Of a DNA stretch of 64,000 nt, positions 50,887 to 64,000 are shown piece by piece (the stretch's first letter is position 1; every line of letters starts with the position of its first letter). The position numbers were made by a program, and so were the translations under genes. The notes beneath the pieces were generated by a model. The model had not been told where the DNA came from. It made no database searches and saw nothing but the letters and a program-made list of their open reading frames with translations. The stretch comes from Cycas panzhihuaensis. Lineage: Eukaryota > Plantae > Cycadophyta. The stretch spans positions 161,827,741-161,891,740 of the forward strand of contig CM041465.1 in NCBI GenBank assembly GCA_023213395.1, given 5' to 3'.

Positions 50887-53800
50887 TGCTAAAATAAGAG
50901 AACATGTGGAGAAAAAATGTCTTTCCTCGATTACAAGGAGAGAGAATCTCCTAATATATATAATAGAGTCATAAGCATGGGCTAATACATATAGGACATA
51001 TATCGGATAGATACAAAGAGGGGTTATGATATATAACCCTTAGTTTACTTAGGACCCCTTAAAATAAAATATAAGAATAAAGCATTAACACTTTAACACC
51101 ACACCCCCCCCCCCACCCCTGCAGCTTTTAATATTTTATCTTTTATTTTTTATTCCTAGCTTTTCTCTTAAAATTTAGAATTTAGCTTTTGATAAGGGTT
51201 TTATAAATATATGTATAAGTTGTTCCTTATTAGTGTAATGTTATAAGTTTATTTCCCTTTGTTTAAACTTTTTCTCTAATAAAATGATCATGCACTTCAA
51301 TGTGTTTGGTGATTATATAGAATACAAGATTTTGTGTTAATTTAATAACACTTTGGTTATTACAAAAAATAGGGGTAGCCTACTACTAATTTTATTTCAT
51401 ACTTTCAAGAAGTTGTCTTATGCATATTGCTTCATAAGTAGTATTTATTGTTGCTTTGTATTTTGCTTCTATACATGATAAGGCTATAATAGCCTACTTT
51501 TTACTGCTCTAGGATGTGATAGTTAATCTAAGAGAAAAGCAATGACTTGAAGTAGATTTTCTCTCTTACTAATCTTTAACCTAGTTTAAATCACTATATC
51601 TAGTTAATTTGAGAGAACTTATCTTGTTATAGATTAACCCTAGGGTTAGGGTACCTCTGATATATCTTAGTATCCTTTTTGTTGCATTCTAGTGTGACAC
51701 TTTTGGTGCATGCATATACCTTGAAATTACCATGACTAAATAAGAGATATTATCTCTAGTAGTGGTTAGATAAACAAGACTACTAACACACTATTTATGT
51801 AGGGTTTCATTTACCTCTTATCCATCTTCATATGTAGTTAGTATACATCTTGTTTTCAATAGAGTGGTAGTAGAATTACAATCTTCCATCTTGAATTTTT
51901 TGAGAATGTTGTTTATATATTTTAACTAAGAAATGAAGATAGAATCTATCTTTTACTCTACTTCAATTCTAAGATAATAATGCAATGCACCCATGTCTAC
52001 CATTTCAAAGACATTTTTCATTTACATCTTTACCCAACTAATTATGTTTTGATCACTCCTGGTAATTATTATATCATCTACATAAACCATAATTACGATG
52101 ATCAAGTCATTCCCCCCTTTTTTGATATAAAACCTTAGATCTAATTTGCAATTGATAAAACCTTTTTATTTGAGATATGAATGTAATTTTATATACCATG
52201 CTCATGGTGCCTACTTGAGTCCATATAGTGCCTTCATTAACCTATAAACAAGATGCTCTTCACCTCTTTTTATATATCTAAAAGATTATTCCATATATAC
52301 TTCTTCATCCAAATCCCTATTCAGAAAGGAACTTTTCATATATCCCATCCAAAATGTGCTACCATAGTGATGACTATCTTGACAATTATCAAATTTTCCA
52401 CTTGAGAAAAGGTTTCTTCATAATCAATACCAATAGTTTGACTATATCCCTTTGTAACTAGTCTAGATTTATATTTTTTAATGCTTGCATCAAATTTTTC
52501 TATAATTGTATACACTTATTTACATCCAACAATAGGCTTACGTTTAAGTGGTGAGATGAGTTTCCAAGTCTCATTACTTGTTATGGCACCTATTTTAATA
52601 TCCATATCTTTTAGCCACTTTGACTCTTGTAGGCTTCATCATAACTTTATGGTTCAACAAAATAAATTAGTGCTTGGATTCTTTGGGATTTGGTCATATG
52701 TTTAAAAAGGTCTCCCTTTTATTCTTCAATAATTTTTAAATACCATTTTAGTAACTTGTTTTTATTTAGACTTAATCATTCTTGTTTATTATTCTTATTC
52801 TATTTCATATCTATTGGTTAATTGTTAGATTATGCAATGTTCTGACCATGAGTCACATACAAAGAATATCTTTTTTAAGAAACTAAGATTTTCAAGATCT
52901 TTATTAAGGACCCAATAGTATAATTACATCAAAGGAGTGCAAGAAAGCTTAATAATCACCAAAAGATAAGATGTACTCTTGTACAATCTTAAAAATTAAT
53001 AAGATAGCATAAGAGTTCTTTTCATAATTACTTGGCCTTATATAATCAAAAATGGCCACTAATACTAACATCCTATTGGTGGCCCATGGGCCCTTCAATC
53101 CTATTAGTGGAGATATTAGGCTTGTGCATATAAATTAATAAATGTCTTTAACCTTCTCTTCCTTAATCATGCGGTTGTCACTTTAGCATTAACTTTCTCC
53201 ATATGATTAGATGCTCTTATGTCTTAACCTTGGAAATTCCTTAATAGATTCTTCTTTGACTTGGGCTTCATTGGAAGTACCTTGTTTGAAAGATATTCTA
53301 TTGAAATTATCCAATATTTCTTCTTAAATAATTTTTATTTTTTAAGATCGATTACCATTAAACCCTTCATTAAATATTTTATCTTTGTTGATATAGGTTT
53401 TGTTTATTTTTGGATCTATGTAATGATAAACTTTAGATTTCTTATTGTAACCTATTATTCTGCACTAGATGCTTTTATCATCTAGCTTTGTTCTTTTTTT
53501 ATCCAAAATATGAATATAAGTTATGCTTCCAAATACTTTCAAATGACTTACATCTAACTTCCTTCTAGACCAAGCTTCTTCTACTATAGTGATCTTACAA
53601 AGAATTTATGTGGGACTTCAGTTTATAAGATATATGGTTGTATTCATATCTTTTTCCCAATAGATATTTGATATTATTTTCTCCTTGAGCATGTGTTAAG
53701 CCATCTTTATTACTGTTATGTTCATTCTTTCTACTACATTTGATTGGGTGGTATATGGAGTAGTGAGTTATCTTTAGATTCCATTTTATTTATAGAAATA

Positions 53801-56528
53801 ATAGAAGTTATTTAAGATGTACTCTCCTCCACCATTAGTCATGAGAGTTTTAATTTTGTAGCCATTTTCTAACTCACCTTGTGCTTTAAATTCTTTAAAT
53901 ATATATAATACTTCTAATTTGCTGTAGATGAAGTATAGTCATGTTTTCCTAGATAAGTCATTAATAAATATGAGAAAATACATAGCACCATTAATATGGT
54001 TTAGTGTGATTGGCCCACATAAGTTTGAGTAAATTAATTTAAGTCTTTCTCTTATTTTCTATATGCTTTCTTGAAATTGAGCTCTGTGTTGTTTTCCTAA
54101 CATATAGCTTTTGTAAATAGATGAATCAAGCACTATATTAGGTAATTCTTCTACCATATTAAATTTCTTTAACACTTCTAATCTTCTATTTATAATGTAT
54201 CTATATCTAAAATACTAAATTTTATTATAAGAATTATCAGTAACAAAAGCTTATATATGAGAATATAGGACAAGAGTTGAGATTAATTTATAGAGATTGT
54301 CAATCTATACTCTTTTTGTAATAATAATTCTAGATTATTTCATATCATATATGAAACATTTTTCATTCTAACAAAAAGTAGTTTGAAGCTTATTTTTCCT
54401 CAGGTATGATATAGAAAGCTAATTTTTCTTTAGACCTGGAACAAATAGCACATTATTAATTTTTTGAATTTTATCATTAATTTTTATAGAAATTGTTCAT
54501 TTTCGTTTTATTTATAAAGCAAAGTTATAACCAAGTTCTATTATTTTGCTGTACTTATATGGTTGAAGAGTCTCTAACCAATTGCTTCTTCCTAACATGT
54601 GATTTGGAGCTCCTGAGTCTATAAACCAATCATTATCATTTCAAGTAGATGAAGCCAATGCAGTGATGAATGTAGTTTCTACTTCTTCTTATTCTTCTTT
54701 GCATTATTCATTGCTATGATTTCCTTCTCTCTTTCCCTTGTAGATTTTAACTCTTCTTTATAGAAAATTATTGGCAAAGCATCTATATCTTCCATAATAG
54801 TAATAGGTTAAAGGATCACATTGCTTACAATTACTAGGAAGATGTCCTCTTCCATTGTAATAATAATAAGGTCTATATTTATTTGAAGTGTACATGCCTC
54901 ATACCTCATTAAATCTTTCTATTTATGTGAATTGGTCTCCTCATATCTCATTAAACCTTCCTCTTATAATTCTTCCTCTTCCTCTTAAGGTGCTCCTAGG
55001 TCATCTATCATCTAATTATAACCTTGAAAGAAATGCTTCTTTAATGTATGTCTTCTCTTCATATCTTTTTATTCTCTATTCTTGTTGTAATAAGTGCCCA
55101 CACAAGATATAAAATGACATATTAATAGCTTAGCCTCCTATAATAAAAGTATTGATAAGATTATCAAAGGATTTTAGTAACTTATTAAAGACTAGATGAA
55201 TAATTTCTATATCAAATAGTGTTTCTCTAATAGATGTAAGATTGTCTTTGGCTTTAACTGTTTTTATGATAAAACTTTGAATCAAATCTCCTTCTCTTAG
55301 ATGAATTTGATATAATTGTTCTCTAAGGGAGATGATTTGGACTTCATTTTTCTAACCATATAGGGCTTATAACTTATTCCAAGCTTCAACAAAGGAATTT
55401 GTTTCACTAAGGTTATTAAGAGAGACTCTCCTACTGACAACATAATGGTAGTATGTGTATGTCTATCCATTTCCTTCTAGTTTGCTAATTCAATGGCATT
55501 AGTGGCTCTAAGTTTAGTTTCTTTTCCAATTACAATCCCCCAAACATTTTTTGCTACAAGGACACCCTTGTTATGAGTTTCTAAGTATTATGATTTTTCC
55601 ATGTTAATTTATCATAATCACTGAGTGTGTAAATTAAGGCTATAATTATTTATTTCAACTCAATAAAACAAAAATTAAATATTAAGAAAAATAAAATAGT
55701 CCATGACCATATATTCGTATGAATGTATAAAAAAAGTATATACATATGAAATTTTATGAAACTCTCCTAATCTGTAGATTTTTTTAGTGCTCTTTTTATA
55801 CCTATAATTTTTATATTGATCTAATTTCTAAAATGGTTTAAAAAGGGCTCAAAAATCATATATCCCCCTAAGGTTTATAAGTGTTTTTTGCTAAGATCCT
55901 ATAAAATGCTTGATAAAAATTTATAAAAGTGGATTTAAATGAAAACTTATATCAAGACAAAGATTTTAAAACAAGTTTCACTCATTGAGATGAAGAAATC
56001 TAAGAGAATTATAAGAAAAGCTCCAAACCTATAATGTTATAAATGGTTGATTCCTATCTGATTAATAAGGATTTTAGGAATGGTCCTTTGGAAGTTACTC
56101 CTTGTACTGAGTTATATCTATTGGTAAAATTTTACTAAAAGTAAAGAACTTTGAAAAAACATCTATATAATTCCATGATGTGACTTTTGTGTAATTTTGT
56201 ATTGTGATTTAACTTGTATTCTTTGTTTAAAGAACACTCATCTTTATTCTTTTTATTTCTTCAGATTTTATCTTCAAAAGATTTAGCCCTATAGTGATTC
56301 CCTTCACAGACTAACTTGCTCTAATACCATGCTAAAATAAGAGAACATATAAACAAATAATGTCCTTCCTTGATTATAAGGAGTGAGAATCTCTCAATAT
56401 ATATAATAGAGTCATAAGCATAGGCCAATGCATGTAGGCCATATGTTAGGTAGATATAAAGAGTGGTTATGATACATAACCCTCATTTTACGTAGGACCC
56501 CTTAAAATAAAATATTAATACTTTAACA
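50887..56528 (-). mobile_element. Copia element I, full length, inserted in the RNase H region of G; related to E
   Basis: LTRs 50887-51098 and 56330-56528. TSD AATCA at 50882-50886 and 56529-56533. PBS gctctaatacca at 56318-56329. C-rich PPT complement at 51099-51120. gag starts at ~55643 (ALIYTLSDYDKL). Integrase, RT and RNase H remnants present. Confidence 0.93.
52838..53229 (-). mobile_element. Probable solo LTR, related to the LTR of J, inside the integrase-RT linker of I
   Basis: About 400 bp extra relative to the same linker in E. The reverse complement shares ccaataggat, tatataagg, aagattgt and tatcttttggtgat in the same order as the J LTR. Termini and TSD are imperfect. Confidence 0.6.
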
Positions 56529-58404
56529 AATCATGTTCCAAGAATGTTGTATTGGCTCTTATTCCTAAAGTGTTACATTTAACTATAAATAACTAGGAGC
56601 AATTTGGTATGTGAATACTAGAGCAATAATTATGGCAACCTTAAGATGGTTGAAGCTTCTATTTACATCATCACTCTACTTGAACCCTTTCTTCCTCCCA
56701 TAGTCACATGTCCTTTAATGAACTTTGAGTAGTATCTTATGAGTCCTAAAAACCCTTGCACCCTTAAAATATTTTTTGGTATTGGATAATCTATGACAAA
56801 TTTTACCTTAGGTTAATCCTTATCCCTTCCCATAATATCACATGTCCCAAATAGCATAGTGCCATTTTGCTAAAGCTATGTTTTAACCCCTTGGTAAAAA
56901 ACTTATTATCTCTAAGTGTTATTAAAGTTGTCTCGATGTGTTAGAGGTGTTCCTCCCATATCCTACTATAAACCAAGATGTCATTAAAAGAAAAATGTAA
57001 TGAATATGCTAAGAAAATAGGAAAATACTTAATTTGCTATTGATTAGAAGGTCACTAGAGCATTAGTGAGTCTAAATTACATAACTTTAAACTTAAATAA
57101 TCCTTGATACATACGGAATGTTGTCTTCTTTATATCTTATGGATAGACAGGGATCTAGTAATATCTAAAATGAATATCAAATTTTAAGAAGAAGGTAGCT
57201 TTGTATAGTTCATCAATAATGCCATCCATACATTGAATAAGATATTTATTTTTTATTATTATCTTGTTTAATGTTACATAACTTATCTGATTAAGTTATG
57301 TAAACCACTATGGAACTTTGTGCATATGCCGTCTAGTGGGCCAATAGTATGCATGGGCATTGCCATCCAATAGAATATAAGGCCGCTTAGGCCGCCAATA
57401 GGATTACATGTATAAGACCCTATTTTATCTATATAAGGGTTATAAATTGTAAATGATGGTTATCTTGATAGAACATTTTTATAAAGATTGTGTTACGGTA
57501 CTTTCTATCTTTTGGTGATCATTTAGTGCTTTGGTGTTCCTATGAAACTCTTGGTTAATTTGTTTGCTCTGTTGGATAAGGAGGCGTTGCTGCGATCGTC
57601 AAATTCTATGCTATCTCAAGAGTATTGGCAAGAAGAAACATCCCAAGTGGTATCAGAGCTGCGTCACGGTCATGGGAGGCTGCCCAAAAGACCAGATTTT
57701 TTTTCCTTTCCCTATCAGATCGAGTACTCTCTCTACCCTAGTAGAGATCGAGGAAAGACCTTTACTTAGTACTCTCTCCACGAAGATTGAGGAACAGTAT
57801 CAGGATAGTCCAAGAGTTGGGAGAAAGGGGAAATTCTTTTCCCAGGTAACTCTAGTACTTTATCCCTTGTCTTTCATCTAGTTTTAATTTCATTCCCATA
57901 TTTCGATTCTGGGATTGAATTATATCTAAAGGGTAGATAACACCATTGGGCGGCTACCTTTTTTCTCCCTCCCACCTCCTTTCCCAGGTAGACAACACCA
58001 TTGGGTGGCTACCCAAGTAGTTAGGTAGAGACCTTATACCTGGGGTCTTTAAATATCGTAGGAATCTGTCATTCTGGCTAAGCACATAGTGGCCCTCCTG
58101 CCCTTTGCATGAAGAATTGGAGTATCACTCCTTAGCCAAGCCTTAGATAGAACCTAGCTACAGAAGTGCGCGCCTCTATGTACCTTTAGGTATATAGGAG
58201 GACCTCACCTTCAGGTCCCAATCCTTTTCCAGCATAGGTAACTATCGATCGCTGAAGTCCTGTAGTGCAGTGGTTAGCAGTTAGCGCCACGAAGCTACCT
58301 GCCCCAAACTTCTACAGTTTATTAGCAGGCCTATAAGACCAAGCACACCTTATCTAATGGTTGGTAGGATACTTTGGTTAAGACTGTAAGCCACCTCACA
58401 ATTT

Positions 58405-58410
<6 letters not shown>

Positions 58411-58488
<78 letters not shown>
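58411..58488. repeat. (AG)39 microsatellite plus A-rich tract in the leader of J
   Basis: Read directly from the sequence. Confidence 0.97.
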
Positions 58489-58492
<4 letters not shown>

Positions 58493-58950
58493 CATTAAGG
58501 GAAAAAAAAAGGGAAGAAAAGAAAAGAAAAAAAAAAAAAAGCAAGAGAAAAAGAAAACATAAAATTTCATAATTTAGTGAGAAAATTTACCCTTACAGGT
58601 TTATACCTCATATTAATTAGCACATTGTACTGGTCAATTTGCACTAGGTTGGTATATACTGTAAATTTTCATAATTTTTAGTACCTAGTCACTGGTGGGT
58701 CCCACCACCCCCCTACACTTCACATGCCCCATTTGAACAAGCTTTTCACACTATTGAAAGAACTTGATATCTTATTTATGTAACTTTCTTTAGGGTCAAT
58801 AGGCTATATACACCTCACAATCTCCCTATTCACCCCCCTCTCTTTCCCTTAACAACCCCCTTTTTCTTACATCTCGTTCTTTCTTGATCTTTCCCACTTC
58901 GTTCATTCCCCTTCTTTCTACTTATTCCCGCCTCTTTACACCCTTTATCC

Positions 58951-61900
58951 ATGGCTCCTCAAAGCAACAGTGACGAAATCTTAGGACTTGATACTAAAGT
59001 CAACAGAATTCATGATAAAATAAAGGATCTTGGCTACATACGTGAGGAGGTTAAAAATGGAGTAGCTACCATGCATGTAGAATTTAGCTCAAAATTGCAA
59101 AACCTAACATCTCATGATGATGTCCAAGATGTAATTAAGAGGTTGAACAACTTCTCTCCTCCACCACCTGTTGGCCCCACACAACAACAAATCGTACCTC
59201 CGCCTCTACGTTAGCAACAACCATTCCATCATAAGATCAACATATCCATATTTGATCTAGATCTCAACAGGGATAGTGCACGAAGTTGGATTAGCAAACT
59301 AGAGTCTTACTTTACACTCAACCTAATATCAATAAATGAGCAACTTACATTTGCTTCCATTCACTTAGATGGGAAGGCACATTATTGGTTCCGATGGTGG
59401 AAATGGAGTATCCCTCTAGCCAGTCTTGGGCGCACATCTCTACCTGTTTTTTCAAGTAGTATGAAGACACTTGGAGTCAATAATTTTTTACACAGCTAAC
59501 ATGTTTGAAGCAAGTATCCTTTGTCGAAGTTTACACTGATGAGTTCCAATCTTTACATAATCAGGTTGATCAGCAACTTGATAAACATATAGAGATAGAT
59601 ATGTATGTGCCTGGACTTAAAGAACGTATCCAAATACACTTGAAGACAGTCTCCTTATCCACTCTAAAGGATGCAATTAATATGGCTAAAGTAGTAGAAG
59701 TAGAATTTGTTGCAGAAAGACCTCCTCCATTCAAAAGAGACTCCACATGGTTTTCACGATCTTGACAAGCTGATACAGCCTGGTCCCAGAGACCACAATC
59801 ACGCCCACGACTAGAGGACACCCCAGCTACATCTCTCAAGTAGCGCACTGAGGAATCATCATTGAAGTCCATCCACATCACTCCTGCAGAGGCACAACAT
59901 TATCGGGAAGCTGGTCTATGTATGCAATATCTTGAAAAATGGACCACTGGTCACAATAGAATCTGTAAAGCTAGGAAGATGGTCTTCACAATTGACCCAG
60001 ACTTACCCTTAGAGGATGACCCTAAGATTAAGCATGAATATGATGATGAACCCCAAGACCACCCTACTAATGAGTTACCCCCAAACCCTGAGCCTGAAGT
60101 TTCCTTATCTATAGTTACCTCCATTGCATGTCTTGAACCACTTCAAGTCAAAGGAATACTTAGGAAAACCCCAATTACCATTTTGATCGACAGTGGTGTG
60201 TCGCTAAATTTCATCGACATCTCCATTGCCTACCAATTAAATCTTTACATAGAACCTAAAACTGGCTTCACTTGCTCCTTACCTGGTCATCATACACTCT
60301 ATTATGTGAGAACAATAAAAAACATCACTGTCCACATTGGCTCATATACCCTTATCTCTGATTTTTATGCCATGTCCATAGGTGGGTCAGATGCAATTCT
60401 TGGTGTACAATGGATCCAAACTCTAGGAACTTATAGCACTAATAACTCACCCATGACCCCCTTCATTATGTTTAAAGATCACATGGGCCACTCTCATAAA
60501 CTATATGGGATGCAAGCCCCCTCAAACAAAGTAATCTCACCCTCACGAATGTGCTGCCAACTCAATGGTAACATCAGATACATCGTTCGTCTTAACCATA
60601 TCCAGGCCCCCTCGGGTATCCACCTTGATATCCAGCAAGTATTAGATCGATACCAATCTATATTTGCTCTATTGCCTACTATCCCCCCACCTGATTGAGA
60701 CTTTTACCATACTATTGAGTTACAAAGTTCGCATGACCCAATTAGCCTTCGACCATATAGAAATTCTTATTTTCAAAAAGATGAAATCAAAAAAATCACG
60801 CGGGAATTGTTGGACATGGGTATCATCCAACCTAGTAAAAGCCTATATGCAACACCTATTATCTTAGTTCGCATGAAGGATGGCTCTTTCTGACTTTGTG
60901 TTGACTATCGTGCGCTTAATAAAATCACCATAAAAAATAAGTTTCCCACGCCCCGAATCGATGACATGTTAGATGAAATCCATGGTGATACAATTTTCAC
61001 CAAACTTGATTTATAGTCAGGATACTACCAAATCCCCATCTTGCCAGAGGATCAATATAAAATAACTTTCTGAACCTACCATGTCCACTTTGAGTTCCAG
61101 GCCATGCCCTTTGGCCTATGTAATACTCTGGCCACCTTTCAGGCCCTCATGAACAAGATCTTTTCCCCATACTTACGAAATTTTTTCATCATCTTCTTTG
61201 ATGATATTCTTATCTATAGCTCAAATATGTCGGCCCACATCCCACATCTAGAAACAGCCCTTTAAATCGTAACTGAGAATAAACTGTATGCTAATCTCTC
61301 CAAATATGAATTTAGGAAATCTGAATTATAATACCTTGGGTATATTATATCCTTTGCAGGGGTTTAGATGGATCCTGATAAAATCTCTGTCATCTCTAAT
61401 TGGCCAACCCCAAAAACCCTAACCTAATTGCGGGCTTTCCTAAGACTTACCAGATTCTATCGTCGGTTCATTTGAAATTATCCCATCCTAACCTCTCCCT
61501 TAACCCACTTACTTCAGAAGGATTCCTTCCAGTGGTCCCCCTCAGCTAATGAGGCCTTCCTCCATTTAAAGGAGGTCATGATAACCACCCCAGTCTTAGC
61601 CTATCATAACTTTTCTCAGCCTTTTCAATTATAATACGATGCCTCTGGGTTCGGATTAGGTGCGGCCTTAATGCAAGACTTCTACTCCATTCCCTTCAAA
61701 AGTTGAAAACTCAAAGATCATGAGTGTAGACTTTCTACCTATCAAAAAGAAATGTGGGCCATCCTCCATCTTGTTGACAAGTGGCGACAGTATCTACTTG
61801 GTTCTAAATTCACTATTCTCACTGATCATCATAGCCTTCATCATTTACTAGATCAACCAGTCCTTTCAGAAGAGCAGGCGAAATGGGTCGACCACCTCCA

Positions 61901-63470
61901 AGTTTTTGATTTGACAATCACATATAAAAAGGGGAAAGATAACATTGTGGCAGATTCTCTCTTGAGGTTGCCTTCACCTACACTTGGTGATAACACCAGT
62001 CATACTGAGGACCCCACCATATATGCCATTTCCTCCCACAACTGACATGGCTATAGGATTTAGCCATGGCTAACCAAAACCAACATGATTTTATGCACTA
62101 GGCCAATAAGGTCCACACTCATATGGATTGGTCCATCCATAATAATCTTTTCTTATACCAAAATCGCATATTTGTACATCCCCTCTCAGCTTTTATCCTG
62201 CAGATTTTATTAGAATATCATTCTTCCCCTCTTGGAGGCCACTCTAGTTTTGATAAAACTTACTGTAGGATTCATTCTGACTTCTTTTGGCCAGAAATGA
62301 AGTCCACCATCCTTACCTTTATATTAGAATATGATACATGCCAATATAACAAAACTGATACAAAACCCCAACCGAGCCTCCTTCAACCATTACACATCCC
62401 ACAAGGTAAATGGCAAGATATTTCCATGGACTTTATAACAGGCCTACCACCATCTATTGGATCTGACTCCATTTTAGTAGTCATAGATTGGTTGACAAAA
62501 TATGCCCACCTCATGCTTGTCCACACAACCTATAAAGCCACATGCATTGCTGACATCTGCATCTAGACAATATTTTATTTGCACGGTTTTTCGCCCACAA
62601 TTGTATACTATCGCAATCCTAAATTTACTAGCTCCTTTTGGCAAGAGCTATTCCATGCATGAGGAACATCATTCAACATGAGTTCTGCATACCATCCACA
62701 AATCAATGGCTAGTCTGAGGTCCTTAATAAAACTCTAGAGACCTACTTACGTTGTTTTGTATTTGACCACCAGTCTAAATAGACATCATGGCTAGCTCTA
62801 GCTGAGTATTGGTATAACTCCTCATACCATTCAGCCATTAAAATGTCCCCATTTTTTGCTCTCTATGGGTATCCCCTACCGTCCCACCACACCTTAGCAA
62901 CCAACCTCTGTACGGTAGCACTGCAACAAAAATTATAGCATATGGACCAAATTCTCCACACCCTTAAACAAAACCTATCCATGGCCTAAAATTGAATGAA
63001 ATAATTAGTAGACCACCACCACTCTAATCGCTCCTTCAATATTAGGCATCTGGTATTTCTTCATCTCTAACCTTATAAGCAATAATCCCTTCACCATCAT
63101 AAGAACCACAAACTTAGCCCTCGCTATTATGGCCCCTATAAAGTCCCTAAACGTATTGGTGAAGTTGCATATGCTCTCGACCTTCCCCCCACCATAAACA
63201 TCCATAATGTTTTTCATGTCTCCTATCTTCGAAAGTGTCTAAGTAAAACCCATACTCCCCAGACAACCCTTCCAATTTTGGATGAAGAGCAAACCTTGTT
63301 CGTACCTCCAGAATGTATCCTAGCTACCAGACAACAAAATCTTCAGAATTGGTCCATTTCAAAATATTTGATATAGTGGACAGGTTGCACCTCCAACGAA
63401 GCAACTTGGAAGTCTAATGAGTTTGTAAAAAGGCACCCGCATCTCACATGCCTCGAGGACTTAACATCTT
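58951..63470 (+). pseudogene. gag-pol of chromovirus J
   Basis: gag from 58951, protease (ILIDSGVSLNFI, DAILGVQWI), RT (FFDDILIYS), RNase H (ILTDHHSL), integrase (WQDISMDFITGLP) and chromodomain (KYLI*WTG..SNEATW). Confidence 0.95.
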
Positions 63471-64000
63471 AGGGGAGGGGACTTGTTACATAACTTATCT
63501 AACTAAGTTATGTAAACCACTATGGAACTTTGTGCATGTGCCATCTAACGGGCCAATAGTATGCATGGGCGATGTCGTCCAATAGAATGTAAGGCCGCTT
63601 AGGCCGCCAATAGGATTACATGTATAAGACCCTATTTTGTCTATATAAGGGTCATAAATTGTAAATGATGGTTATCTTGATAGAACATTTTTATAAAGAT
63701 TGTGCTGCAGTACTTTCTATATTTTGGTGATCATTTAGCACTCTGGTGTTCCTGTGAAACTCTTGGTTAATTTGTTTGCTCTGTTGGATAAGAAGATGCT
63801 ATTGCAATCGTCAAATTCTTTGTTATCTCAAGAGTATTGGTGAGAGGAAACGTCCCATTTAATATTTGGTAATCCACATATATTTTAAAAAATCTATCTT
63901 TTTTGGTAATAAGACTACTGATATTACATAAGAACTCTTGTTGGGTGTAATTACACTATTATCGATGAGCTCCTATATTAACCTTTCAATCTCTATCATC

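Larger units (their letters stand above)
57272..63857 (+). mobile_element. Gypsy chromovirus J, full length, 374-bp LTRs, inserted in the RT of G
   Basis: LTRs 57272-57645 and 63484-63857. TSD TTTAA at 57267-57271 and 63858-63862. PBS tggtatcagagc at 57648-57659. PPT at ~63471-63483. Confidence 0.96.
35830..64000 (-). mobile_element. Old Gypsy chromovirus G, host of the right-hand nest; pieces at ~36360-37175, 49922-50886, 56529-57271 and 63858-64000; left boundary approximate
   Basis: Chromodomain (IKWIGLPLDDVTW) and integrase end at 36370-37175. Integrase core and RNase H at 49922-50886. RT at 56534-57266, joining across J to VDYQILNK at 63863-64000. The reading is continuous once the inserts are removed. 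Confidence 0.85.

Noticed and set aside
58257-58280. tRNA 5'-half-like sequence gtcctgtagtgcagtggttagca in the leader of J
   Set aside because: A-box-like only; no B box or T-arm downstream, so chance is likely.
58350-58544. Ser-Leu repeat ORF
   Set aside because: It is a translation of the (AG)n microsatellite.

Overview
This is an AT-rich (roughly 30% GC by eye) land-plant repeat region. It has no intact host gene and is a stack of nested, decayed retrotransposons. Left half, Ty1/Copia: element A (minus, 1-~5300, running off the window); a 4.2-kb non-autonomous gag-only LTR element B (5874-10043, TSD TTTTG); full-length C (10626-16590, TSD TAGTC/TAGTT); D (~17540-21740); and E (~22356-34060), which is split by full-length F (25513-32920, TSD AGATA). 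Right half: an old minus-strand chromovirus G (~35830 to beyond 64000) hosts a near full-length L1-type LINE (37176-49921). The LINE hosts chromovirus H (42793-49837), and H hosts a 301-bp TRIM (46184-46484). G also hosts Copia I (50887-56528, TSD AATCA, containing a probable solo LTR) and chromovirus J (57272-63857, TSD TTTAA). All ORFs are broken, mostly by C>T/G>A changes in all contexts including CHH. Best leads: (1) the TRIM has 61-bp LTRs and a tRNA-type Pol III promoter split across the LTR/PBS junction, with tRNA-like A/B-box spacing and a T4 run in the LTR as the first possible terminator; (2) Copia C carries an antisense class I small heat-shock protein gene fragment in its 5' leader; (3) four Copia elements share a stem-loop that encloses the PPT, built from different sequences. 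A gymnosperm host is inferred, not shown. All coordinates and counts were made by eye.
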